A model generated the notes under the pieces. That model was given only the letters and a program-made list of their open reading frames with translations, searched no databases and was not told where the DNA came from. A program made the position numbers and the translations under genes. From assembly GCF_000143415.4 (NCBI RefSeq), contig NW_003314270.1:3069668-3133667 (forward strand): DNA of 64,000 nucleotides. Direction: 5' to 3'. Below, one piece after another: positions 39,925 to 51,229 of the stretch (the first letter of the stretch is position 1; the number at the start of each line of letters is the position of its first letter). This DNA is from Selaginella moellendorffii. Taxonomy: Eukaryota > Plantae > Lycopodiophyta.

Positions 39925-42900
39925 GGCTACCTTTAATAAATGCTGGAACAACCCAAAGAGTTGGGGGGTGTACTTAGAGATGAGTTGGTATTCTCATCAC
40001 ATGGATAAGTAGTCCTAAGGGGCAAAGGTTGCCCCAGAGAACAAAATCAAGTGTCAGAGTAACACTTGTGAAAATAGTCCTTGTGAGTGAGGACATGAAT
40101 GCAAGAAGTGTATTCCAGTGAGCTAGTGCCCGACAAATGGGACCTTATGGATCTGTGGATTAACCAAGTCCAAAACTGCTGGATGACTCAAGTAGAGTCA
40201 AGGAATGGTCCTAAAGGACTGATGGAAGCATTTGGACTGAAGTGTGTGGTACCCCACAAAGGATGGGGGGGATCATAGGATCCAAGGATGAGAATAGAGG
40301 GTATCTCATCAATGGCAGAATGTGCCATACTAAAGTTGTGGGAAAGATATTCCCAGAAGAAAGCAACTTTGGCTCAGATTTGGGTGCAAACTCTATGGTG
40401 TGGTGCTAACAGATAGTTAGCATGAGGAACAACTATATTGGTCTTGGCAAAGACTTAGACACAAAGAAGAAGTGTCATAGAGGTAGGCTCGTGGAGCCGA
40501 TGGTGTGGAGACACCAAATGTGCCAAAGTGTGATACCTTGAGGCTATGTTGGTGGGTTCATGAGAACCCCTTGCCAAAGGAATCCCAATGGAAATGGGAA
40601 TGGCATAGCCTAAGCTGCAGAGCATGCAGTTGGAGTGTGGTGACCGAGATAATGATGGAGGTGTGGAAGCACCAGCAATGAGTTGTAGGACTTGACAACT
40701 ATGAGGCAACTAAGCAAGAGGTGCAAAATAATTGGTTAAACAGGTAGAAGGTAGCTACCCAAGCCCTCTTAATGGCATAAGGAAGTTGGAAATACCCTTA
40801 CGGGGGATAAGTTGCTTATGTTGCGATATAGTAAGTCAATGTCATAAAAGGAAATACTCATTGTCAAGAAAGCCATCATTGGGACACCCGAACACTCTAA
40901 AACACCAGGAGGTGGTGGTTAATGTCGTGAGGGCAATGGATAAGGCCCAAGGGACTAAGTCCCTAGCGAATGATGGATAGAAGGTGCTATCCAAATGTCC
41001 AAGGTTGCGGAGACAGGAGAAGACTATCTACCCGAATTGGACAAATCCAAAAATGGAATTTTGACAAGGCTAGTGATGGGCATGTAAAGGCCCACAAGCA
41101 ACAATATAATCCCAGTGTGTGGGATTATAGTGTGAGCATACCTGGATTGAGGAACCACTCCGTAGGCTATTGGGTAGGTTCATCCCTAAGAATACTTGCT
41201 AAGGCATGATAGAAAGTGCAAAACTATCCTCCTCGTCTGGAGGAGAATGAAGCCAAAAACAAGAAGTAAGGGGATAGAATCGAACCATAGGAATCGAAGG
41301 GCATAACTAAGGTTGGTTATGCTAGCTGGGAGTGGAGAATCAAGTGGGGGCTCGAGGGTGTTGCCGCTAGCAACCATGATGCCATGGAGAGTCTAAAATA
41401 TGGAATTGTCCATGTTAGAATATATGGTAATTGGAAAGCTTGCAAAAGGGGGGCCTTAGCAAGCTAAGGGACAGAGTTCCTTCAAGGTTCCCAAAGATGA
41501 TTCTAGGTAGCTTAGTACCTAAAAAGGCCAAGCGTAAATGGTTTAGAGAACGCGCGAAATCAGAGTGGCACAGCAGAAACGTGGTCTTGAAGCTTGCCAT
41601 GAGGCAAGGCTATCAAGGTTAGGGAAGTAGTTCCCGAGTGTTCAAAGAGAGGGCTTTGAACGAAAGTCGATGATCAAGGGCTTTCACGCTTGTGCAGGAA
41701 CCATGTTACAGTGGTCGGAGGACTTGCCAAAGCGAGATTGGCAAGTCAGGGGAACAAATACCCTAGTTGAAGGTGATAACTTCAAAAAGGGTGGGCCATG
41801 GGGCCAAGCATGGAGGAGTCCATGCATGATCACAGACTTGTCAAGTGAGAGGACTTGGCAGTGTGGAGGAACTAGGTTCCTAAGCTGTGATCTATAGCGC
41901 GCTTTGAGTATAGTTGGTGCACCGATGTGGGGAGTCACGCCAGGCATCCTGGGTGATGCCGTCCGTAGATGCATATACGGAGGTTGGGTTCGAGTCCTGA
42001 CCCTCTAGTGCTTGGGTTCGAGTCCCAAATCACTAGGGCATGGTGATGGTTTGGAATATGAGGACACTCATATTTCGGTGGTCATGGACTCTCAGTGAGG
42101 AGACTGGTTTGGGCACACCGCCAAGTGACGGATGCCTCGGAGTCGTGATGCACGGTTAGATTGCTTAGTGTGGCTTAGCATGTCTAACTTGACCACCTTG
42201 GTGCAAGTGACACCAAGGACGTGGTGAATGAGATGGGGACACCCAGTCTCAGTTGCTATGGACCCTTGGCTGAAAGGGCTGGCTTGGGTGCACCGCCAAG
42301 TGTGGGGGATGCCCCCAGGGTCATAGTCAACAACTTAGTAAGGTCTGGAAGACCTAGTTCCTATTGGTAGACCTATTAAGGGGTCAAGATGAGATCACTA
42401 GGTGATCTTAGGGCTAAACAAGGGCAAGGTCTTTGTTTGGGTTAAGGAATATGATTCCTAATTCAAAGTGTTAATTTGAACTATTGATAAAGGTGTGGTT
42501 TGGTCAAGGTGACTAAGTGGGAAGGACACCTAAGGGAAATGAACTACTACAATACAATGGTATTATGAGTTCAAGAAAATAGTCTCTAGAGACAGGCCCA
42601 TGGGTGGGTCACAAGGTTAGGCTAGGAAGAGAGCCTAGAACAGTTGGGGAGACTTACTAGGGGTGAACACCCTAGTCTGGGCAAAGCAAATCTTTTGTTA
42701 TGGAACCAAAAGAATACCTTTAGGAGGGAGGTAATGATCCTATGTTGCTTGGTGCAACAATCCAAGGATAGGAGCAAAAGACGAGTGCCCAAGATAGGGC
42801 CGTGGAATCCACTGGAAAGGATCCAAGTGGCAAAGTTAGCCAAGGAACACTAATGTGTTTGAAGCTAATGGATTGCGGAAAAAGAAATGGACTTCCACGG

Positions 42901-43286
42901 ATGGATTCCCAAGTGCTCCAATTTGGCAAAGGAAAGGCTCCAAGTGAGGGAGCAGCTAAGTAGCCAAAAGATAGGGCCGTGGACAGCCCTAGCACAAATA
43001 ATGATAAATGGAACGTAATGCCAATGGTGGCACAAAAATAGAAAAGAGGATGATGGTGCCCTCTAGTAGAGAACTTCCTAGGAGGGGAAGCGGAGTTGCA
43101 CAAAATGTGCAAAGCAAGGTGTCGGAGACACCTAGGAAATTGACTTCCAGAAGTCAAAGAGTAAAAGTTCCAAGGTGCAAACGTTCAATCAATGAAAATC
43201 GAGACTACTCGAGAAGGAGTAATGGGATTGACTTAGAGAAGGGTCTCTAAGAGGTTTAGCGAGAACTAAACCAATAAAAGGAGAGA

Positions 43287-43437
43287 ACCATTAATGAATA
43301 TGGAGAAGGCATGGTGAGCCTTCAATGTCAAACCATTGACGAATATGGAGAAGGCATGGTGAGCCTTCAATGTCAAACCATTGACAAATATGGAGAAGGC
43401 ATGGTGAGCCTTCAATGTCAAACCATTGACAAATATT
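43287..43437. repeat. 45-bp tandem repeat, ~3.3 copies
   Basis: AACCATTGACRAATATGGAGAAGGCATGGTGAGCCTTCAATGTCA units with no spacers. Confidence 0.9.
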
Positions 43438-46369
43438 GGCTAGGTGCCAAGGATGGGAATAGTAACACATGTGGGTGTTACTTTATAAAATGGTTTACCG
43501 TTCGATGAGGACATCGAACTTCGTCTATGGGTGGTGGAGTTGTGAGACACAAAATCCTTAGGCCCCAAAGTGGAGCCGGAAAGGGTGCCATGTGGTAGTG
43601 GCCGAAGCAAAAGCCAAATGAGCGTAACACGTTTGGACTAAAAGCTCCGACTTCAAAGGTCGAGAGCGGGAGTGGAACTCCCAACAAAGTGCTCAAGGAA
43701 TGAGCACGAAGCGAGCCATAAGCGAGGCTCTACAAAGGGACCCAAAGGGACCAATATATGACACGTGGAAGAGTCCAAGATTAGAGTGAACACGGACCGA
43801 CAAGTGGGGTAGCTTGGTGAAGTGTTCAAGAGCCGGCTCTAGTTCCCCCGGGAGATCGACTGGCCGATGCTCCCAGTCCAAGTGTGGGTGGCACTACCTA
43901 CTTGGATACCAGGCATGGCTCAACAGAACCTCGCTCTAAGCCCATGGCTAGAGCACCCAAAGGTGGAAGGCGGGGAAAGTACCCAGGTGGCTTGCGTAAG
44001 GCCACGGTGTTCCGAAATGTTGTCCCAAAGGCCCAGACGGTGGAAAGGAAGAGGAGCAGTCCTCTGGGGTAGTGACCAAGGACACAGTCGTGGGGAGAGG
44101 AAGTCCTAGAGGACCGTGGGACTTAGTGGTCGGGCCTGTGGGCCTCGATCCAGTGGCAGTGTTGGCAAACACGGCCAGGGGCAGAAAGGGACTTAGTGGG
44201 GACTGACAGAGGGATATTGGGGAAGGTTGTTCCCCTTATCGATGGGCATCCTAAGGATGCTAAAGAGTGGATCTCAGATGACCACTCACGAATGGTTTGC
44301 CTAGTCTTGGAGAGCCAAGACTGTGATGCAAGTGGTATTGGACTACCAGTGTGGCAAAGGTGATTGAGCATGGCCTTAGCGTAACAGGTTGCTATATCGG
44401 TGGTACCTTTGAGTGTCGGTCATGGGATCGGACACGTGGAGCACTTGGACCAAGTGCAAGGGTTGAGTGGCATGGATGCCATTCTTGGGGCTAGCAAGTC
44501 CCAAGTTCTGAATTGGACTTATGGAGGTCGTGAATGAGACTCCTCCAAGTGGTCGGAGGTGTGGTTAAGTGACTAAAGTAGAATGGAAAATTTAGTCACT
44601 TACAGTACCTAAGCTACCTTTAGATGTTAGAAAGTTTACTCTGTACCTTAGGGCTTTGAGGTATAGTAAAAGGGTGCCAATTTGTCACACATCTAGTTTG
44701 TACCGGCATCAAATACCCTGAACACTGCAAATGCCTGCTCAAGGCAATTGGGTTGACAGGAGCAAGAAGAGTGTAGACTTATGCTCAAGTTGCTCAAAGT
44801 TGCCCAAAATGCCTGTGAAGAAGAGAAATAAGGGTGAAAATGGAAGGAGATATAGGCCTCAAGCATATATAACCGTTAATCTGTAGAGTAACTGCTGACC
44901 TCTTGCAGTAGCTGGTAACCAGTAACTAGTAACTAGTAACCAGTAATTGGGGATCTATAACCTGTAACCAATAACCCCCTGCTCTCGCTCCTACTCCTAT
45001 GCCTACTCCAGCACCAACTCCTACCCCTGTGCCTACTCCTACTCCTACGCCAACTCCTGTTCTTACTCCTGTTCCTATGCCTACTCTTGCTCCCCAACGA
45101 TTGCTTAGTTCCTAAGGAACTCCTAAGAAAGTTTAGCCCAAAAGAGAAAAATGAGTCCTCTGGTCTTGATCTTTCCCCATTTTGACTGTTGGTGGGCTCA
45201 TTGGAAAGGGCTCAGCCCTGTCTACCCTCAATATCAAGAGTTGCTCTTTGGGACAAACTTAAAACTTATTAAATATAGAATGTCTCTAGATTGTGAATTT
45301 GGACATGAGACGAATACCAGTGTGTTTATAACAATCTCTACATTTTATAGATATGCCAAATGAGCAAATTTAGACACTTTCCATAATTAACATTTGGAAT
45401 CAATATGAAATTAACACAAAGGGCATGATAGCGAGGGTGTTTGGCAGACACAGTAAGCTATCATTTAGTGAATATTGAGGGACCAATCTCAATATCACAA
45501 GGGTTTTTTATACTAGCAAGTGCAAGCCAATGACACGAGTTTTTCAAACCAAGTGAGTAGCTCAACAACAAACACATAGGGTTCCTACCTTATATTTATC
45601 CAATTTAAGTGCAAGGTCATTGACCAGTTTCTCAACTAGCTCAAGTGGGAACGATAAAAGGAATCAATTTTATCGACCTTCTGTAGTCATGGCAATAAGG
45701 AAAGAGTGTTTGTAAGGATTGGCTGACAAGTATTTTTTGATACCTGAAGTCACATTCGCGACACTCTTCCCCCCTTGGGAAAAATCGACGTCCTCGTCGA
45801 TGCTTACCCAAGTCTAGCAAACAGTCAAGGAAACAACTCCGAAAGTTAACGGAAAGCACACTATGTGGAAAACGCATCGACTTAAATGAGTTATGGAATG
45901 ACCTCTCCTCTACGTCCAAAAACGTTAAAATTGAGATACCCTCCAATCGTCACCGACAAGAAAATGACTAATGGAGTTAACCACTCTTGCTGCTCCAAGT
46001 ACCACTCGGTTTATAAAGGAATGATACATCCAAGCCCGTAGGGACATAGGGAGAAGGCTAGAGGCCCAACTTCCCCTGTGTGAAAAATCAACCCTATCGG
46101 GAAGATTTAGACAATTATTATAAACTGGTAGAGTAAGTTGTTTACATGACCACGCCCTTATTAAAAAATGAGTCATTGAGAGAGAGGTAGGGACTTGTGA
46201 TCAATCTATAATAGTTATCCCTATGGTGATGGATTGGACCCATGCACCAAAGTGCCAAAGTCAACCTGCCAAAACTAACCCAATTACTAACGAACGAGAG
46301 AAATGAAACTTCGATTTATAGAAATATATTACTTTATTGATTTGCAAGATTTATTACAAAGTTTACAAA

Positions 46370-46474
46370 AGCTAGTCTTTATTACTATTCTCATACTCTA
46401 TGACAAGCTCACGAGCATGTGTAATATTCTTAAGAGGTTCCCAAGTTGATTCATAAATAGGGTAACCTTTCCAC
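46370..46474 (-). mobile_element. Displaced C-terminal half of the chromovirus chromodomain
   Basis: Reads (K)WKGYPIYESTWEPLKNITHARELVIEYE, continuing EYLV from 60859 onward. Confidence 0.9.
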
Positions 46475-47094
46475 TTAAAAGCTCTATTTCGTTAAAGTGG
46501 GATTTATTCAGTAAAATGGGACTAGGTACAAATTTTCAAGTATTTGAAAATGACGTGAAATTATATGTTTTTTGTCCAGGGGCTAGACATATCTGGGGCA
46601 TGGTGACTAGCGCGGTGACTTTGTGTCCAGACTGAGTCCATCTGGTTGTATAATAAATCTCATTGTCAAGGTGAACAAGCCGAATCTGAAGCTAAAGAAG
46701 AGCAATGGCATGCGCGCACACACTATTTGTTTGTTCATTGAGCGTGTGGTGAGCTTTCCAAGATGAACGTCATTCCTATTAGCCAGACATATAACTTAAT
46801 GGTGAGAACATTTAGATATTATTCAATGTTATCTTTTTCTAACGAATCTAATTGTGAAGGTGTAGCAAGAGGCATTGCTAGTTTGGAGAAGTCATTTAAC
46901 TCATTTGACCCTTAGTGTATTTTCATGAAACTAAATAACATTCATATTATTAAGGAATTTCTCTAGTACCTTTTTTTTACGACATAGAGGCTTGCATTTC
47001 TTTCAAAGGTGATTTAGTAAAAGGCCTGAGGGCACATGCCATTCTATTTCTCAGACCGGTATTAAGATATACTAGTGCAAAGGGCCACATGCCA

Positions 47095-50000
47095 TCACGC
47101 CTCCTCTGATTCAGATTCGGATTGTTCACCTTGAAATAAAATACATTAGAAACTTAGTAAAGGAATATTAAATCTCACCTTGAACCCGGGTTATGAATGC
47201 TCTTGCTGCATCTCTTGCATGGTCTGGCAAGGTGATGGTGGCACTCTGCTTCTGCATCCAACAATGCACAACATTATCCACCGATATGCTCATGCTGGGA
47301 TCCCTTGGATTCAGCACCCATCTCTTTTCTAGGCAATCCTTCGTATATCCGGAACTTGGCTTGAACCACTCCACAGTTACATTGAAGGAGTTAGTTTCCG
47401 CGTCCTCCTCTGCATCAGTGATGCAGCGCCCCACCCATATCATTTGTTTTTTATTACTGGGTCTGACAAGCACGACCATTCCTTTGCAGACTTGTACTGG
47501 ATTGAATGCTGAATCAGGTCCCACAATAGTGATCCTCAACATCGTTATCTGTCACTGCATTTCCAGAGGACATTGTTCCGCTACTATCTGGTGCTTTGGG
47601 TTCTGGCCAAAAGGACTCTTCCAATTCTTCATATACAACCGGCCCATTTTGGATAGCAGATATAATCTTCTCCCAGTATTCGAGCAAAGGCTTGCACCTC
47701 TTAAAATAGGATTCTCCACCAAACACCAACCCCCTCTTCCAGAAGGCAATATGCTGTCTAATCCCAGCCACTATACTTTCCTGGTCTTTGAGTCCATCCG
47801 GGTGCATCGGCCGTGGGGAACCCTGAGGAATCATAGGTTCCCCAGTTATGGGATCTCTCTTGAAGAGTTCAATGCCGTCCACTGGCAGCCACACTGTGTC
47901 CCATTCTCTCATCTTGTACCTCATCACTGGAGCACCGTCACGCATGCTGAAATGAAATTGAAGAGGCTTGGAATGGCCAATCAGCGTTTCGGATCCGTCC
48001 CTGATGTAGCCTCTTACAAACCCCTTAAAGTCTGGAACCTCTGTCACAAGTGCAGCTTCAACAGTGCCTTTGATGCAATTTTGGAATTCATCGTAGAGTT
48101 GTGGGAGGGTGAGGACATTGGATCGCCGGAGGGACTCTGCCAGGTGACTGAACATGGCATCGATGTCTTCATGAGTGTGCCCAACCATGAGAAAGCCAAG
48201 TGTAACCGTTTCAAATATGCCTTTGGCAACAAGCATTGCCAAGTACGCGAAGACGTACATGTTTTTGTTCTCACTGCCAGCATTGTCTGTTTGGAGCAGA
48301 AGATGGGGTGGAAGGCCACATCGGCCGCAAGAACTTCCTTGAGATTCTGCTTCATTTGGATGAGGCTGTGCATTCACCGGGCGACCAGCCTCGTCGGAAT
48401 GGCATGAGGCCTCACGTGATAACCCTACAATCTGACAGCCAACATATTCACTGGGATGGCATGGGGCCCCACGCGATACTGCAAGCCTTTGCTCCTCCTC
48501 CAGCTGAACCCTGTATGGGGTTCGATCGACAAGGGCCTTATGCAAGGGTTGGCCGTTCAGCTCAGTCTGCGCACTTTGCAGAGACCTTAAGTGTTTTGCT
48601 AGGGACGCAATCATCATGTTTGCACCCCCGCCACCCCATAGAGGTACAAAGAAGTTCCCATAGTTCTGGGCACCATGCCCATGAGCGATTATGCCAAACA
48701 GAGACACAGGCAGCTGCATGGATGAAGAGATTGCCTTGGGGGCAGGATTGAGTCGAGGTAAGCACGTCTTTTTCTGGTCCATTTTGTCGTGGATGATGCA
48801 GAGGTAAGAGTCAGGTCTCTCCATGGAGAGAATCCTGTTATGATAATATGCAGTTCTGCAGCTTCTCTGCTCGATGTTGTGGTCGAGCCGCCTTCTAACC
48901 AACGTCTCTCGCTCTTGAGCGCTGCAAGAATTCTTCGACAAAGCCATTTTGATAGCAGTGCACTCGTCACACTTTGAAAAGCTGGAGTACTTTCCTATAC
49001 TCACATCCCTGAACCTGTTGCTCCACAATCAACTAAATCTAGATTGGCTCAGCTTCCTGTAGCCATTACTCTGGAGTTCCCGATTCACATCTTCCAATAT
49101 GGCCCCCTTGGTATACATGGAAGGGAGAACTCGTTGGGTGTCTCGTGTTCCATCTTCCAAGAGGCGGGTTTTATGTGGTTGCTGCTCGCTACATGTCTCG
49201 ACAAACCTCTTGAAGATTGCCTCTCCATATACAACATGACCCCTGGTTTTGTGCGTACCGTCGTTCCCATGGACTGCCTGTTGAACCCTTTGTTCCTCGA
49301 ACTCAGTTTTGATTCTGTAGAATGTGGTTCGAGGGACTCCATAAATGATTCTCCATGCCTTCATGCAGACCAAACCCCTCTGGAAGACCATGCCCCCCAC
49401 CTGATGTTCTGAAGCATCAACAGATGACCGTAATGCCTCATACACAAAATTGCGAGCTGCCTTCCAGGACAATGTCTTGTATCTTGCTCTCTCCTCTTCA
49501 ATAGCATCCCAATCAGCATGTTGACAGCACCTCCTCTTGCAACAAGCAACTGTCGAGACCATTCGAACCTCCATTGCCATTTTCTGCCTTTTCGGTTCGT
49601 TGCTCAGATCCCTTTGGCTGCGCTGTAGGAAGGTGTACTTTCTTTTCCCATGAAGAGATGTTCTGTCATCAGTTGTAGTGGTGTTTGATTGTGAGTCCTT
49701 CACATTCTCAAACACTAAATGCCTCAATTTCCACCGCACAATGCTTCCAATAGTCAGACTGTTTTCTTCTGTGTCAACAACCTCTAAAATTGCAACTCCA
49801 ATATCATCCCAGCCCAATTCTTGATTAGCAACCGCATCTCTTGGATCGACAACTGTGGCTAAGCCCTCAGCTACCACCTCCCCCTCGGGGTTGTTTAGAA
49901 ACACCTTTGCCTGAATCCATGTAGCACGGTTCTTAAGATCCACGGAGGGAACATGCGTCGCACTTGCGCTGTCCCCAACATCTGCTTTCTTCTGCAGATT

Positions 50001-50219
50001 TTTCAAGGCAACAACAACATTTACCCCGACGACCATCTCTCCTCGTTCAATAGCGACCACATTCCCATCGAAGACAGTCTCTACTGATACAGCAGCATTG
50101 CCTTCCCCAAGCCTTTGACAGTGTATAACAAAGTTCCGATCCATAGACACAAGGGTCCCTTTTGCAACTCTCTTCCCACCATTCAAAATGTAAACCTTTT
50201 CCCCAACCCTGAAGGCCAT
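47095..50219 (-). pseudogene. Sola-like DDD transposase with one in-frame TGA (49029-49031) and a +1 frameshift (~47520)
   Basis: Motifs FSKCDECT, IIHDKMDQ, LLLQTDNAGSENKN, FLMVGHTHEDIDAMF. ORFs 49029-50219 and 47514-49028 share a frame. Short last exon GEQSESESEEA*. Confidence 0.8.
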
Positions 50220-50573
50220 TCTGAAAGTGCAGAAAAGAAGTTAAGACCATACAAAAAATGATTGAAGAATGGCCTAAATCATAACATACCAAATAGCATG
50301 AGGCCACATGCCATTATTCAAATATGCTATTGACACCCACGTGAAATTTCGCATTCACAAAATTGGCATGAGCCCTCATGCCATTAGTGGTACCACTAAT
50401 GGCATGAGGCCTCACGCTATCTTTGGCCCCTGCTAGCCTGTTGCTATATTCCTTTTGCCTTGTGACAACTGTATATATTTTTGTGTGCGTGACTAGTCAC
50501 CCATACCATGAGAATATATACTAGTTGCCAGCATGGCATATGGACTATGGCAATAGGCTAGTAGCGGCCAAAG

Positions 50574-50595
50574 ATGGCATGAGGCCTCATGCCAT
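50574..50595. promoter_or_regulatory. Perfect copy of the element-specific 22-bp palindrome ATGGCATGAGGCCTCATGCCAT (representative of ~25-30 copies)
   Basis: Variants at 46705, 47021, 47074, 48399, 48456, 50293, 50363, 50399, 50672, 53964, 54773, 54850, 54910, 56187, 57686, 57827, 58018, 59295, 59370, 60447, 60739 and in each long tandem unit. Confidence 0.8.
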
Positions 50596-51229
50596 CTTGA
50601 TATACACACAGCTGCAGGCAAGTAAAAACATACATGACAATACGCTAGCCATGAAATTGCAAGGGCCCAAGATGGCATGTGGCCTCATGCCATTTCTAAA
50701 TGTGGTCCTAAACCATTCCATGGTGAACATACCAGGAAGCACAAGTGCCGAATATCAAGAGGAAGCGGTAGCCACACCAAAGACAGTGCCGCTCGCAACA
50801 CCGCAACTACTCGTAGCGCCGCTCGCAACACCGCAACTGCTCGTAGCGCCGCTCGCACAAACTGCCACTCGCATAAACTGCCGCTCGCAATGGCCCTCGC
50901 AATGCCGCAACCGCTTGTAGACGCATAAACCACAGCTCACAACGCCGCTTACACAAGCAGCGCTCACTGCGCTCAGCGGAACCAAGAACACGGCGCACAA
51001 AAATGATAGACCTAGGAATGAGTTCGAGAATTTAAAAATAACACACGCTTGAACGTCACATCAAATCCTCTGACAAACTAGATCTTATGATTCCTCTGAC
51101 AAATTTCAAACTGAGTAGCTTCTAGACTTTGCTGTCGGAGGTTGAACTTTGTCACATCATGTCCTTGCCTCGATCCAGCTGTGCCATGTCAGTGATTCGA
51201 ACTTTGCCATGCCATGTCAGCGATCCGCG

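Larger units (their letters stand above)
38911..44604 (+). mobile_element. Nested non-coding (LARD-like) LTR element with GTACC target duplication
   Basis: Starts TGTGAG, ends CTTACA. GTACC at 38906-38910 and 44605-44609. 38911-39151 matches 43541-43781 with ~4 mismatches. PBS TGGTATCGAAGC at 39397, purine tract before 43541. No recognisable ORF inside. Confidence 0.85.

Noticed and set aside
43287-43437. 45-bp repeats as a CRISPR array
   Set aside because: Head-to-tail units with no unique spacers.
47193-48407. 404-aa plus-strand ORF
   Set aside because: Antisense shadow of the transposase, with no recognisable motifs.
49029-49031. Programmed readthrough or selenocysteine at the TGA
   Set aside because: The same gene also has a frameshift, so CpG decay is the simpler explanation.
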